A DNA stretch of 64,000 nt from Escherichia phage YUEEL01: the sequence record NC_054935.2. The stretch is one strand, 5' to 3'. A program made the translations under genes and the position numbers. A model generated the notes under the pieces. The model was not told the DNA's origin. It ran no database searches and saw only the letters and a program-made list of their open reading frames with translations. Positions 20,368-30,313 of the stretch are shown here, in pieces; position 1 is the stretch's first letter, and each line of letters begins with the position of its first letter.

Positions 20368-20991
20368 ATGATTATTAATCTCGCAGATGTTGAACAGTTA
20401 TCTATAAAAGCTGAAAGTGTTGATTTTCAATATGATATGTACAAAAAGGTCTGTGAAAAATTTACTGACTTTGAACAGTCAGTTCTTTGGCAGTGTATGG
20501 AAGCCAAAAAGAATGAAGCTCTTCATCGGCAGTTGAATAAAATCGTTAAAAAGCATTTAACTAAATCGCCTTATCAGCTATATCGTGGTATATCAAAATC
20601 GACAAAAGAACTCATTAAAGATTTACAAGTCGGAGAAGTGTTTTCAACGAACAGAGTAGATTCATTTACTACTAGTTTGCACACAGCATGTGGTTTTTCT
20701 TATGTTGAGTATTTCACTGAAATAATATTTCGCTTAAAAACTGATAAAGCTTTTAATTATTCTGACCATATCAGCGATATTATACTTTCTTCTCCTAATA
20801 CTGAATTTAAGTATACATATGAAGATACTGATGGATTAGATTCAGAACGTACTGATAACTTAATGATGATTGTACGTGAACAAGAATGGATGATTCCAAT
20901 TGGAAAGTATAAAATAACTTCTATTTCAAAAGAAAAATTACACGATTCATTTGGAACATTTAAAGTGTATGATATTGAGGTAGTTGAATGA
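20368..20991 (+). CDS. ADP-ribosyltransferase, ModA/ModB family (first of tandem pair)
   Basis: R-S/T-E triad candidates (YRG, FSTN, EQEWMIP); position of T4 modA/modB. Confidence 0.65.
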   Translation: MIINLADVEQLSIKAESVDFQYDMYKKVCEKFTDFEQSVLWQCMEAKKNEALHRQLNKIVKKHLTKSPYQLYRGISKSTKELIKDLQVGEVFSTNRVDSFTTSLHTACGFSYVEYFTEIIFRLKTDKAFNYSDHISDIILSSPNTEFKYTYEDTDGLDSERTDNLMMIVREQEWMIPIGKYKITSISKEKLHDSFGTFKVYDIEVVE

Positions 20992-21590
20992 AATATTCAG
21001 CAATGCAATTAAAAGATTTTAAAATCAAATCAATGGATGCATCTGTGCGTGCTTCTATTCGTGAAGAATTACTTTCCGAAGGATTTAATTTATCTGAAAT
21101 TGAACTTTTAATTCATTGTATTACTAATAAACCAGACGATCATTCTTGGTTAAATGAAATAGTCAAATCTCGTTTGGTTCCAAACGATAAACCTCTTTGG
21201 AGAGGTGTTCCAGTTGAGACTAAACAGGTGTTAAATCAAGGAATTGATATTATTACATTTGATAAAGTAGTATCAGCTTCATATGATAAAAATATAGCTC
21301 TACATTTTGCTTCTGGATTAGAATACAACACACAAGTTATTTTTGAATTCAAAGCTCCTATGGTGTTTAATTTCCAGGAGTATGCTATAAAAGCTTTACG
21401 TTGTAAAGAATATAGTCCGAGTTTTAAGTTTCCGGATAGCCATCGCTATCGTAATATGGAATTAGTTTCAGATGAACAAGAAGTAATGATACCAGCTGGA
21501 AGTGTATTTAGAATTGCGGATAGATACGAGTATAAAAAGTATTCAACATACACTATCTATACTCTTGATTTTGAAGGATTTAATCTATAA
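20988..21590 (+). CDS. ADP-ribosyltransferase, ModA/ModB family (second of tandem pair)
   Basis: Paralogous to preceding ORF (WRG..., EQEVMIP). Confidence 0.65.
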   Translation: MKYSAMQLKDFKIKSMDASVRASIREELLSEGFNLSEIELLIHCITNKPDDHSWLNEIVKSRLVPNDKPLWRGVPVETKQVLNQGIDIITFDKVVSASYDKNIALHFASGLEYNTQVIFEFKAPMVFNFQEYAIKALRCKEYSPSFKFPDSHRYRNMELVSDEQEVMIPAGSVFRIADRYEYKKYSTYTIYTLDFEGFNL

Positions 21591-21646
21591 TGGAAGGACT
21601 TAGATTCATTATACCATGAAAGTTTTAAAGCATTTTTCATAAAGTT

Positions 21647-21676
21647 GTTTACAAGCTGAAGTAAAAATGTTATAGT
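21647..21676 (+). promoter_or_regulatory. T4-type early promoter upstream of srd
   Basis: GTTTAC, 18 bp, TATAGT. Confidence 0.55.
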
Positions 21677-21706
21677 ATAAGTAGTTAACCCGTCCGTGAG
21701 AAAAAT

Positions 21707-22453
21707 ATGAAACTGTCTAAAAATCAAATTCGTAAAATTACACGTCGTCTAGAGCACACTCAGGCATCTGCTAAAAGACGTTCTAAAGATTTTAACTTAG
21801 ACTTCAATTACATTAAGAACATTTTAGATCAGAAAGTTTGCGCTTACTCAGGAGAACCTTTTGATAATCGTATTGAAGGAGAGAAATTATCATTAGAACG
21901 TTTTGATAATAACGTTGGATACATTAAAGGGAATGTTATTGCAGTAAAGAAAAAGTACAATACATTTCGTTCTGATTATACTTTAGAAGAGTTGATTGAA
22001 AAGCGTGATTTATTTGCTTTGCGAATTGGTCGTTCATCTGCGAAAAAAGTTTATAAACTAAATTTAGATGAAAAGAAATGGGCTAAAATCAAAAAGACTT
22101 ATAATCAAATTAAAGCTATACAGAAAAAACGTGAAAACCGAATTGAGCACATTTCTCAGCTTTCTAAATCAAAACAAACCTCTGACGTTAAGCTAACGAT
22201 TGTAGCACTCAAAGCTCGTATTGATGGTTCTCGTATAGCAGAAGGCGCTGAAGTTGTTAAACTGAACGTTCTTCTTAAAGGCTCGGATTGGAAAACCGTG
22301 AAAAAGTTGTCAGAAGCAGAAATGCAATATGATATGTGTGATAAAATTATTCAAGGTGTAGAGCGGTATCAAAATTTGTCTTTTATTGATAAACTTAAAC
22401 TGAAAAGAGGATACCCGCTAAATTGTTCAATTTTTAAACTTATCCGAGGATAA
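21707..22453 (+). CDS. srd: Srd-like protein (sigma-related, early)
   Basis: 248-aa basic protein at T4 srd position. Confidence 0.55.
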   Translation: MKLSKNQIRKITRRLEHTQASAKRRSKDFNLDFNYIKNILDQKVCAYSGEPFDNRIEGEKLSLERFDNNVGYIKGNVIAVKKKYNTFRSDYTLEELIEKRDLFALRIGRSSAKKVYKLNLDEKKWAKIKKTYNQIKAIQKKRENRIEHISQLSKSKQTSDVKLTIVALKARIDGSRIAEGAEVVKLNVLLKGSDWKTVKKLSEAEMQYDMCDKIIQGVERYQNLSFIDKLKLKRGYPLNCSIFKLIRG

Positions 22454-22454
22454 T

Positions 22455-22766
22455 ATGGTTTATGTATATGCGATAGTTTACCGAGACAAAGACGGATTTA
22501 CGGCGCCAGTTCCGCTTGATGAACATCGTCCTGCTGTATTTTTTGAATGGAAGATTGCTGATAAAGTATTTACTACTCTTAAAGAGCAGTATCGACTAGC
22601 TTTAGGTAAGGGAATTCCAAGATTAGTTGAGACTCCACGTAAATTTTGGTTTAATAAAATAGAAGTTAAACATGTTAAGCCTGACGTAGACACACAAAGA
22701 TTATATCAGCGAATTTTAGATACTGGGCGTATTGTTAGTATACCAATTGCAGGGAATTTACGATGA
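22455..22766 (+). CDS. hypothetical protein (dda.1-like)
   Basis: 103-aa ORF upstream of dda. Confidence 0.45.
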   Translation: MVYVYAIVYRDKDGFTAPVPLDEHRPAVFFEWKIADKVFTTLKEQYRLALGKGIPRLVETPRKFWFNKIEVKHVKPDVDTQRLYQRILDTGRIVSIPIAGNLR

Positions 22767-24082
22767 CATTTGATGATTTGACCGAAGGCCAGAAAAATGC
22801 CTTTAACATTGTTATGAAGGCTATTAAAGAAAAGAAACATCATGTAACTATTAATGGACCTGCTGGTACCGGTAAGACTACTCTTACTAAGTTCATCATT
22901 GAAGCTTTAATATCTACGGGTGAAACTGGTATTATTTTAGCAGCTCCTACTCATGCGGCTAAAAAGATTCTTTCAAAACTATCAGGGAAAGAAGCAAGTA
23001 CTATTCATAGCATTCTTAAAATTAACCCAGTAACATATGAAGAAAACGTTCTTTTTGAACAAAAAGAAGTACCGGATTTAGCTAAATGCAGAGTATTAAT
23101 CTGCGACGAAGTGTCAATGTATGATAGAAAGCTATTTAAAATTCTGCTTTCAACTATCCCGCCGTGGTGTACTATAATTGGAATAGGTGATAATAAGCAG
23201 ATTAGACCTGTTGACCCAGGAGAAAACACTGCTTATATCAGTCCATTCTTTACACACAAAGATTTTTATCAGTGTGAACTCACTGAAGTTAAACGCAGTA
23301 ATGCTCCTATTATTGATGTAGCTACTGACGTTCGTAACGGTAAGTGGATTTATGATAAAATTGTTGACGGGCATGGAGTACGTGGATTTACAGGTGATAC
23401 CGCTTTACGCGATTTTATGGTAAATTATTTTTCAATCGTAAAATCACTAGATGATTTGTTTGAAAATCGCGTAATGGCATTTACGAATAAATCTGTTGAC
23501 AAGTTAAATAGCATTATTCGTAAAAAGATTTTTGAAACTGATAAAGATTTTATTGTCGGTGAAATTATTGTAATGCAGGAACCATTAATTAAAACATATA
23601 AAATTGATGGAAAGCCTGTGTCAGAAATTATTTTTAATAACGGACAATTAGTTCGTATTATAGAAGCAGAGTATACATCGACGTTTGTTAAAGCTCGTGG
23701 TGTTCCTGGAGAATACTTAATTCGTCATTGGGATTTAACAGTAGAAACTTACGGCGATGATGAATATTATCGTGAAAAGATTAAAATAATTTCATCTGAT
23801 GAAGAGTTATATAAGTTTAATCTATTTTTAGGTAAAACAGCAGAAACTTATAAAAATTGGAACAAAGGCGGAAAAGCTCCATGGAGTGATTTTTGGGATG
23901 CTAAATCACAGTTCAGTAAAGTGAAAGCACTTCCTGCATCAACATTCCATAAAGCTCAGGGTATGTCTGTAGACCGTGCTTTCATTTATACGCCTTGTAT
24001 TCATTATGCAGATGCTGAATTGGCCCAACAACTTCTTTATGTTGGTGTTACCCGTGGTCGTTATGATGTATTTTATGTATGA
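22763..24082 (+). CDS. dda: Dda SF1 DNA helicase
   Basis: 439 aa; Walker A GPAGTGKTT. Confidence 0.9.
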   Translation: MTFDDLTEGQKNAFNIVMKAIKEKKHHVTINGPAGTGKTTLTKFIIEALISTGETGIILAAPTHAAKKILSKLSGKEASTIHSILKINPVTYEENVLFEQKEVPDLAKCRVLICDEVSMYDRKLFKILLSTIPPWCTIIGIGDNKQIRPVDPGENTAYISPFFTHKDFYQCELTEVKRSNAPIIDVATDVRNGKWIYDKIVDGHGVRGFTGDTALRDFMVNYFSIVKSLDDLFENRVMAFTNKSVDKLNSIIRKKIFETDKDFIVGEIIVMQEPLIKTYKIDGKPVSEIIFNNGQLVRIIEAEYTSTFVKARGVPGEYLIRHWDLTVETYGDDEYYREKIKIISSDEELYKFNLFLGKTAETYKNWNKGGKAPWSDFWDAKSQFSKVKALPASTFHKAQGMSVDRAFIYTPCIHYADAELAQQLLYVGVTRGRYDVFYV

Positions 24083-24103
24083 TTAAATTTGAGGAAGCTA
24101 TTC

Positions 24104-24349
24104 GTGGAAATAACTAAAGATCAGTTTTATCTTCTTCAAGATAAAGTAAGCGAAATTTATGAAATTGCTTATAGCAAAAATCGTGAAACTGTAAAAATAG
24201 AATCTAGTAAGTTGAGGCTTCAATTAGAAGAAATTGAACGAGATTTAATTGCGTTAGAATTCTTTTGTGGTGAAGTGAAAACTGTTACAATCAATGATTA
24301 TATTTTAGGCGAAATTAGCTATCTTTATAAGGCGATTATTAATGATTGA
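24104..24349 (+). CDS. hypothetical protein (dexA.2-like)
   Basis: GTG start after GAGGAAG; paralog of next ORF. Confidence 0.35.
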   Translation: MEITKDQFYLLQDKVSEIYEIAYSKNRETVKIESSKLRLQLEEIERDLIALEFFCGEVKTVTINDYILGEISYLYKAIIND

Positions 24350-24584
24350 ATTGAGTTGGTACCAGTTTAAATCTCTTATGACAAATGTTAAAGCTGTCAT
24401 TGAAGAAAATCAGGGTCCTGAAAATATTACTATTCGCGAAAAAGCTTTAAAGATAGTATACAGTCTTGAAGAAATACAAAAAGATATTGAATCTATGGCA
24501 AAATTTATTGATGAACCTATTAATAAAGTTTATATTCAAGACTATACTGTAGGTCAAATTCGCGATTTAGCAAGGAAAATTTAA
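24342..24584 (+). CDS. hypothetical protein (dexA.1-like)
   Basis: 80-aa ORF; shares EEIxxD...DYxxGxI pattern with preceding ORF. Confidence 0.4.
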   Translation: MIELSWYQFKSLMTNVKAVIEENQGPENITIREKALKIVYSLEEIQKDIESMAKFIDEPINKVYIQDYTVGQIRDLARKI

Positions 24585-25267
24585 TGTTTGATTTTATTAT
24601 AGATTTTGAAACAATGGGAAGCGGCGAAAAGGCAGCTGTTATTGATTTAGCTGTAATTGCTTTTGACCCTAATCCAGAAGTCGTTGAAACATTTGATGAA
24701 TTAGTTTCACGTGGCATTAAAATCAAATTTGATTTAAAAAGCCAAAAAGGACATCGTCTTTTTACTAAAAGTACTATCGAATGGTGGAAGAATCAATCCC
24801 CTGAAGCTCGAAAAAATATTGCACCATCAGATGAAGATGTAAGCACCATCGATGGTATTGCAAAATTTAATGATTATATCAATGCGCATAATATCGATCC
24901 TTGGAAATCTCAAGGTTGGTGTCGTGGAATGTCGTTTGATTTTCCAATTTTAGTCGATCTCATTCGTGATATTCAACGCCTTAATGGTGTATCTGAGAAT
25001 GAGCTTGACACATTTAAGTTAGAACCATGTAAATTCTGGAATCAGCGTGATATTCGTACCAGAATTGAAGCACTTCTGCTTGTTCGTGATATGACCACAT
25101 GTCCTCTTCCAAAGGGAACTTTAGATGGATTCGTTGCACATGATTCTATTCATGACTGTGCGAAAGACATCCTGATGATGAAGTACGCTTTGCGATATGC
25201 TATGGGTCTTGAAGATGCTCCATCAGAGGAAGATTGCGATCCTCTATCTCTTCCAACAAAACGATAA
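24584..25267 (+). CDS. dexA: DexA exonuclease A (DEDD family)
   Basis: 227 aa; N-terminal DFETMG motif. Confidence 0.85.
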   Translation: MFDFIIDFETMGSGEKAAVIDLAVIAFDPNPEVVETFDELVSRGIKIKFDLKSQKGHRLFTKSTIEWWKNQSPEARKNIAPSDEDVSTIDGIAKFNDYINAHNIDPWKSQGWCRGMSFDFPILVDLIRDIQRLNGVSENELDTFKLEPCKFWNQRDIRTRIEALLLVRDMTTCPLPKGTLDGFVAHDSIHDCAKDILMMKYALRYAMGLEDAPSEEDCDPLSLPTKR

Positions 25268-25273
25268 AAAGTT

Positions 25274-25303
25274 GTTTACTTCCTCGGTTAGTTGTGGTAT
25301 TAT
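25274..25303 (+). promoter_or_regulatory. T4-type early promoter
   Basis: GTTTAC, 18 bp, TATTAT. Confidence 0.6.
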
Positions 25304-25330
25304 AACACCATAGCTACTGAGGATAATAAA

Positions 25331-25831
25331 ATGAAAATTTATCGTGTTGAATCATCGTTTAGTATTCTTAATTATGAAGATGCTATAACAATACGTCGAA
25401 ATCTTTGTGTTCAAATAACGCCGTACAGGAGTATAATAGATTCATGGAGCGAAGAGTGGCTATTACACGTAGGTTATGACAGACCTAATTTTATGCATCA
25501 TAGCGATAATAATAAAAGAATTCCTTTACCACACGAAGATAAACTATTAGTTAAAAACGCTAATATAGTAATTAATACTAAGTTCAAGAAAGATTATGTT
25601 GGAGTAGAATATCATATTCCAGGATGGTTTATAGCTCTTTATCATTTTGCTTTCGCTAGCGAATATGATATGATGAGATGGTTCACACGAGAAGAGCGTG
25701 AAGAATTAGCTTCGAAAGGATTTTATCTTGCTGTATACGAAGTACCAGATGACCAAGTTATCGTTGGCGGGCATCAAGTAATGTTCCGCAAATCTCATGC
25801 CGAACTAAAAGGCTTTATTACCTTAGATTAA
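25331..25831 (+). CDS. hypothetical protein
   Basis: 166-aa ORF from ATG after GAGGATAA. Confidence 0.4.
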   Translation: MKIYRVESSFSILNYEDAITIRRNLCVQITPYRSIIDSWSEEWLLHVGYDRPNFMHHSDNNKRIPLPHEDKLLVKNANIVINTKFKKDYVGVEYHIPGWFIALYHFAFASEYDMMRWFTREEREELASKGFYLAVYEVPDDQVIVGGHQVMFRKSHAELKGFITLD

Positions 25832-25841
25832 AGAGAAAATT

Positions 25842-26345
25842 ATGATTAAAAATAATGCTGTTTATCAATTGAAAAAATTTGATGAAATTAAGAATTTTCC
25901 GGTACTGTCTAATACAGCTCATAATAAGTTTTGTGAACTTCTTGCTTTAACTGGCGGATATCCTTTTACTGTTATTAGTGTTAATAGCGGAATTCTTATC
26001 GGCATGATGTATATTGAAATTAGAAACTATTATGGAATGGTGTCATCGCTTATTATTTATGAAAAAGATTTTAGTCTATTGACAGAAATTGAAAAAGAAG
26101 AACAGGAAAAATTCCATATTGATATGGATTTAGTTTCTATGTATGTGGCACCAGTTGAAAAAATTGAATACCCGACTGATTTGTTGTGTAAGGCGGTTTA
26201 CATTCGTCGTCCATTCGCGAATCCGGTCGGTGGTTGGGTAACTGACCAGTGGATTGAAGATGGCGTTGAACTTCTGAACGTAGTTCATGCTGGAGAATAC
26301 TCTGTAGTTCCTCGTAGCGCAGTGATTAATGTTCGTGTAAGCTAG
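25842..26345 (+). CDS. hypothetical protein, MotB paralog
   Basis: C-terminal TDQWIEDGVELLNVV...VVP resembles next ORF. Confidence 0.45.
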   Translation: MIKNNAVYQLKKFDEIKNFPVLSNTAHNKFCELLALTGGYPFTVISVNSGILIGMMYIEIRNYYGMVSSLIIYEKDFSLLTEIEKEEQEKFHIDMDLVSMYVAPVEKIEYPTDLLCKAVYIRRPFANPVGGWVTDQWIEDGVELLNVVHAGEYSVVPRSAVINVRVS

Positions 26346-26374
26346 TTTACAAACTCTTGGGACCAGAGTATAAT
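26345..26374 (+). promoter_or_regulatory. T4-type early promoter upstream of motB
   Basis: GTTTAC, 18 bp, TATAAT; GGACC/GGTCC inverted repeat flanks -10. Confidence 0.65.
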
Positions 26375-26418
26375 GGTCCTGTGGAGTATAAAATCTTTTT
26401 AACAAGTGAGAGATAATT

Positions 26419-26910
26419 ATGAATATTAATATCGGCGAAATTGCTCGTGTATCTGATAAATCCCGTTCTAAAGCAGCAGGAAAATTGGTTGAAGTTGTAA
26501 GCATTCAGCTTAAACACGGTGTTAAAGATGAAGATTCTGAAGTAAAAGTGCGTATCATTGCTAAAGATGGAATGTCTAAGCCCCAGTTTGGTTATGTTCG
26601 ATGGAAATTTCTTGAGCCTGCGTTTTTGAAAGCTGTTCCCGCTAAAGGAATTGAAACGATTGATACTTCGCATGTAGGTGTAGACTTTAAGTGGAAACTC
26701 GGTCAAGCTATTAAGTTCATTGCTCCTTATGAGTTTGAATTTATCGAAGGTGGACAACCACTTCCTCGGCGTACTCGCGCTATGTGTGCATACATTACTG
26801 ATCAATGGGTAGAAGATGGCGTTAAGTTATACAACGCGGTATTTTTAGGAACATACAAAGTCATTCCTGAAAGTTGGATTAAACACTACAGCAAAGCTCG
26901 CTATGCATAA
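26419..26910 (+). CDS. motB: MotB-like early protein
   Basis: 163 aa at T4 motB position. Confidence 0.55.
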   Translation: MNINIGEIARVSDKSRSKAAGKLVEVVSIQLKHGVKDEDSEVKVRIIAKDGMSKPQFGYVRWKFLEPAFLKAVPAKGIETIDTSHVGVDFKWKLGQAIKFIAPYEFEFIEGGQPLPRRTRAMCAYITDQWVEDGVKLYNAVFLGTYKVIPESWIKHYSKARYA

Positions 26911-27082
26911 AGTTTAAAATTTTTTTCATAAAACTATATACATCAGTAGTTGATTATGGTACTATATCAATATCAACTACTGATACAGAAAACAACTTGA
27001 AGAATAAAATGAATAATTCGTTAAAGGTGCGCTGATACTCTTCTGAAACGCATCGCTCCAATGTTCAATTAATGAGGAAATT

Positions 27083-27301
27083 ATGATGAAACGTAAAATT
27101 GTTCAGAATTGCACTAATGATGAATTTGAAGATGTATTATTCGATCCAGATTTGGTAGTAGTTCAAAAGGAACATACTAGCAAGTTTACTCACTTGACTT
27201 CTGTTTATGTGTATGAGAAAGTCGGTGATAAACAGCCAATTTATGGTGTATTTCGTGAAATTACTGAAGATGGCACAACTTACTGGAAGGAAATTTATTA
27301 A
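27083..27301 (+). CDS. cef: Cef-like small protein
   Basis: 72-aa ORF immediately upstream of goF. Confidence 0.4.
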   Translation: MMKRKIVQNCTNDEFEDVLFDPDLVVVQKEHTSKFTHLTSVYVYEKVGDKQPIYGVFREITEDGTTYWKEIY

Positions 27302-27726
27302 TGGCTATTAAATTCGAAGTTAATAAATGGTATCAATTTAAAAATAAACAAGCTCAAGAAAATTTTATTAAAGACCATACTGATAACGGAATCTATGCGC
27401 GGCGTTTAGGTATGGAACCTTTTAAAGTTATAGATATTGACCATCTTGGTCGTCCTACTAAAATTGTGACATCTACTGGAAGATTGGCATTATCCTCCGG
27501 TAAAGATATTTTGGATGAAGATTTTATTTGGCTTTCTACTAGCGAAGCTGAATTCTTTGATGAAGTTGAAAATCCATACCAGGCAGCTGAAGAGCAAGAG
27601 CAGGAAGAGAAAGAGCAAGAACAAATAGAAGATTTCACAGAATTTCCTGTCATGAAAGTTACTATTGAAAATAATGAACAGGCATGGTCTTTGTATCAGA
27701 TGTTGAAAGCTCACTTTAAGGAATAA
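27301..27726 (+). CDS. goF: GoF (ComC-alpha) mRNA metabolism modulator
   Basis: 141 aa, position upstream of gene 39. Confidence 0.5.
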   Translation: MAIKFEVNKWYQFKNKQAQENFIKDHTDNGIYARRLGMEPFKVIDIDHLGRPTKIVTSTGRLALSSGKDILDEDFIWLSTSEAEFFDEVENPYQAAEEQEQEEKEQEQIEDFTEFPVMKVTIENNEQAWSLYQMLKAHFKE

Positions 27727-27728
27727 TT

Positions 27729-27905
27729 ATGCCTCTTTATGATTATAAATGTCAATCCAAAGACTGTGCAAAAGAATACGAAAAAATCAAGAAAATTTCT
27801 GAAAGGGATACTGATGTATGTCCTGATTGTCATCGGATTGCTATTCGGTTAGTTTCCGCTCCTAAGCATGTGAACGGTGGATTTTACGACTTACTTAAAG
27901 GGTAA
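27729..27905 (+). CDS. FmdB-like zinc-ribbon protein
   Basis: MPLYDYKC..C...CPDC pattern; 58 aa. Confidence 0.45.
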   Translation: MPLYDYKCQSKDCAKEYEKIKKISERDTDVCPDCHRIAIRLVSAPKHVNGGFYDLLKG

Positions 27906-27907
27906 TT

Positions 27908-28168
27908 ATGAAATATGTTAATCGTTCTATCGCAGCATTAGTATTAGCAGTGTCTTTAGTAGGATGTACTGATGCTGATAATGCAACCAAAGTTTTGTCT
28001 TCAAGTGGGTTTACTAATATTGAAATCACTGGATATAACTGGTTCGGTTGCTCTGAAAATGATTTCCAACACACTGGATTTCGTGCTGTTGGACCTACTG
28101 GGCAGAAAGTAGAAGGAACAGTATGTTCTGGTCTATTCTTCAAGGATTCGACTATCCGTTTTAAATAA
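27908..28168 (+). CDS. predicted lipoprotein
   Basis: Signal peptide with lipobox LVGC; 86 aa. Confidence 0.45.
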   Translation: MKYVNRSIAALVLAVSLVGCTDADNATKVLSSSGFTNIEITGYNWFGCSENDFQHTGFRAVGPTGQKVEGTVCSGLFFKDSTIRFK

Positions 28169-28186
28169 AAGGCCTTCGGGCCTTTA
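28169..28186 (+). terminator. UUCG hairpin
   Basis: AAGGCC-TTCG-GGCCTT then TTA. Confidence 0.4.
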
Positions 28187-28210
28187 GCTTTATGATTACC
28201 GGAGTATAAT
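28184..28210 (+). promoter_or_regulatory. candidate MotA-dependent middle promoter for gene 39
   Basis: ttaGCTTTA box 12 bp upstream of TATAAT. Confidence 0.4.
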
Positions 28211-28237
28211 ATTCCCGAAACCAAACGAGGATAAGTG

Positions 28238-30055
28238 ATGATTAAGAATGAAATTAAAATTCTGAGCGATATTGAACATATCAAAAAGCGTAGCGGCATG
28301 TACATTGGCTCTTCTGCTAATGAAATGCATGAGCGCTTTCTGTTTGGTAAATGGGAAAGTGTTCAGTATGTACCTGGTCTTGTTAAGCTTATTGATGAAA
28401 TTATCGATAACTCAGTAGATGAAGGTATTCGTACTAAGTTTAAATTCGCAAATAAAATTAATGTTACTATTAAAAACAATCAAGTAACAGTTGAAGATAA
28501 CGGTCGTGGTATTCCACAAGCGATGGTTAAAACACCTACTGGTGAAGAAATTCCTGGTCCAGTTGCTGCATGGACTATTCCAAAAGCAGGTGGTAACTTT
28601 GGTGATGATAAAGAACGCGTCACCGGTGGTATGAACGGTGTTGGTTCTAGTTTGACAAACATTTTTTCTGTGATGTTTGTTGGTGAAACTGGCGATGGTC
28701 AAAATAATATTGTAGTTCGTTGTTCAAATGGCATGGAAAATAAATCATGGGAAGATATTCCTGGAAAATGGAAAGGAACCCGTGTTACTTTCATTCCTGA
28801 TTTTATGTCATTTGAAACTAATGAGCTGTCCCAAGTTTATCTTGACATTACACTAGATCGTCTCCAGACACTTGCTGTTGTTTATCCTGATATTCAATTT
28901 ACCTTTAATGGTAAAAAGGTTCAGGGCAATTTTAAGAAATATGCACGACAGTATGATGAACATGCTATTGTTCAAGAACAAGAAAATTGTTCTATTGCGG
29001 TTGGTCGTTCACCTGATGGTTTTCGTCAGTTGACGTACGTCAATAACATTCATACTAAGAATGGTGGCCATCACATTGACTGTGTTATGGATGATATTTG
29101 TGAAGACCTTATTCCACAAATCAAACGTAAGTTCAAAATTGATGTAACTAAAGCACGTGTCAAAGAATGTTTGACTATCGTCATGTTTGTTCGTGATATG
29201 AAAAACATGCGATTTGATTCTCAAACTAAAGAGCGTTTGACTTCTCCATTTGGTGAAATTCGTAGTCATATTCAGCTTGATGCTAAAAAGATTTCACGCG
29301 CTATTTTAAACAATGAAGCAATTTTAATGCCAATTATTGAAGCTGCCTTGGCTCGTAAATTGGCGGCAGAAAAAGCAGCAGAAACTAAAGCAGCTAAAAA
29401 GGCTTCTAAAGCTAAGGTTCATAAACATATTAAAGCGAATCTTTGTGGTAAAGATGCTGATACTACTCTTTTCTTGACTGAGGGCGATTCTGCTATCGGA
29501 TATCTTATTGATGTTCGTGATAAAGAACTTCATGGTGGTTATCCATTGCGTGGTAAAGTTCTCAACAGTTGGGGTATGTCATATGCTGATATACTTAAAA
29601 ACAAAGAACTGTTTGATATTTGCGCAATCACTGGATTAGTTCTCGGTGAAAAAGCTGAAAACTTGAATTATCATAATATCGCTATTATGACTGATGCTGA
29701 CCATGATGGTCTAGGAAGCATTTATCCTTCTCTGCTCGGGTTTTTTAGTAATTGGCCAGAATTGTTTGAGCAAGGACGAATTCGCTTTGTCAAAACTCCT
29801 GTAATCATCGCTCAGGTCGGTAAAAAACAAGAATGGTTTTATACAGTCGCTGAATATGAGAGTGCCAAAGATGCTCTACCTAAACATAGCATCCGTTATA
29901 TTAAAGGACTTGGCTCTTTGGAAAAATCTGAATATCGTGAGATGATTCAAAACCCAGTATATGATGTTGTTAAACTTCCTGAGAACTGGAAAGAGCTTTT
30001 TGAAATGCTCATGGGAGATAATGCTGACCTTCGTAAAGAATGGATGAGCCAGTAG
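28238..30055 (+). CDS. 39: DNA topoisomerase II large (ATPase, GyrB-like) subunit, uninterrupted 39+60 equivalent
   Basis: 605 aa from ATG; T4 N-terminus MIKNEIKILSD; single ORF. Confidence 0.9.
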   Translation: MIKNEIKILSDIEHIKKRSGMYIGSSANEMHERFLFGKWESVQYVPGLVKLIDEIIDNSVDEGIRTKFKFANKINVTIKNNQVTVEDNGRGIPQAMVKTPTGEEIPGPVAAWTIPKAGGNFGDDKERVTGGMNGVGSSLTNIFSVMFVGETGDGQNNIVVRCSNGMENKSWEDIPGKWKGTRVTFIPDFMSFETNELSQVYLDITLDRLQTLAVVYPDIQFTFNGKKVQGNFKKYARQYDEHAIVQEQENCSIAVGRSPDGFRQLTYVNNIHTKNGGHHIDCVMDDICEDLIPQIKRKFKIDVTKARVKECLTIVMFVRDMKNMRFDSQTKERLTSPFGEIRSHIQLDAKKISRAILNNEAILMPIIEAALARKLAAEKAAETKAAKKASKAKVHKHIKANLCGKDADTTLFLTEGDSAIGYLIDVRDKELHGGYPLRGKVLNSWGMSYADILKNKELFDICAITGLVLGEKAENLNYHNIAIMTDADHDGLGSIYPSLLGFFSNWPELFEQGRIRFVKTPVIIAQVGKKQEWFYTVAEYESAKDALPKHSIRYIKGLGSLEKSEYREMIQNPVYDVVKLPENWKELFEMLMGDNADLRKEWMSQ

Positions 30056-30084
30056 TTTACTTTACCACAAGGATGTGGTATAAT
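30055..30084 (+). promoter_or_regulatory. T4-type early promoter
   Basis: GTTTAC, 18 bp, TATAAT; CCACA/TGTGG inverted repeat abuts -10. Confidence 0.65.
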
Positions 30085-30109
30085 TAATTGGGCAAATGAG
30101 GATATTGAA

Positions 30110-30313
30110 ATGAAATCATATAAAGTAAATTTAGAACTTTTTGATAAAGCAGTTCATCGAGAATATAGAATCATTCAACGCTTTTTCGATATGGGAGAAG
30201 CCGAAGAATTTAAAAACCGCTTTAAGGATATTAGAGATAAAATTCAATCCGATACCGCAACTAAAGATGAACTACTAGAAGTTGCCGAAGTTATTAAACG
30301 TAATATGAATTAA
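30110..30313 (+). CDS. small hypothetical protein (rIIA.1-like)
   Basis: 67-aa ORF. Confidence 0.4.
   Translation: MKSYKVNLELFDKAVHREYRIIQRFFDMGEAEEFKNRFKDIRDKIQSDTATKDELLEVAEVIKRNMN

Noticed and set aside
26931-26966. Early-promoter-like -10 (GGTACTAT) upstream of the cef-like ORF
   Set aside because: No GTTTAC-like -35 at the expected distance; too weak to call.
28238-30055. Search for a gene-60-type translational bypass (take-off/landing GGA codons with an internal stop)
   Set aside because: The topoisomerase large-subunit frame is continuous to its stop; no internal stop or coding gap.
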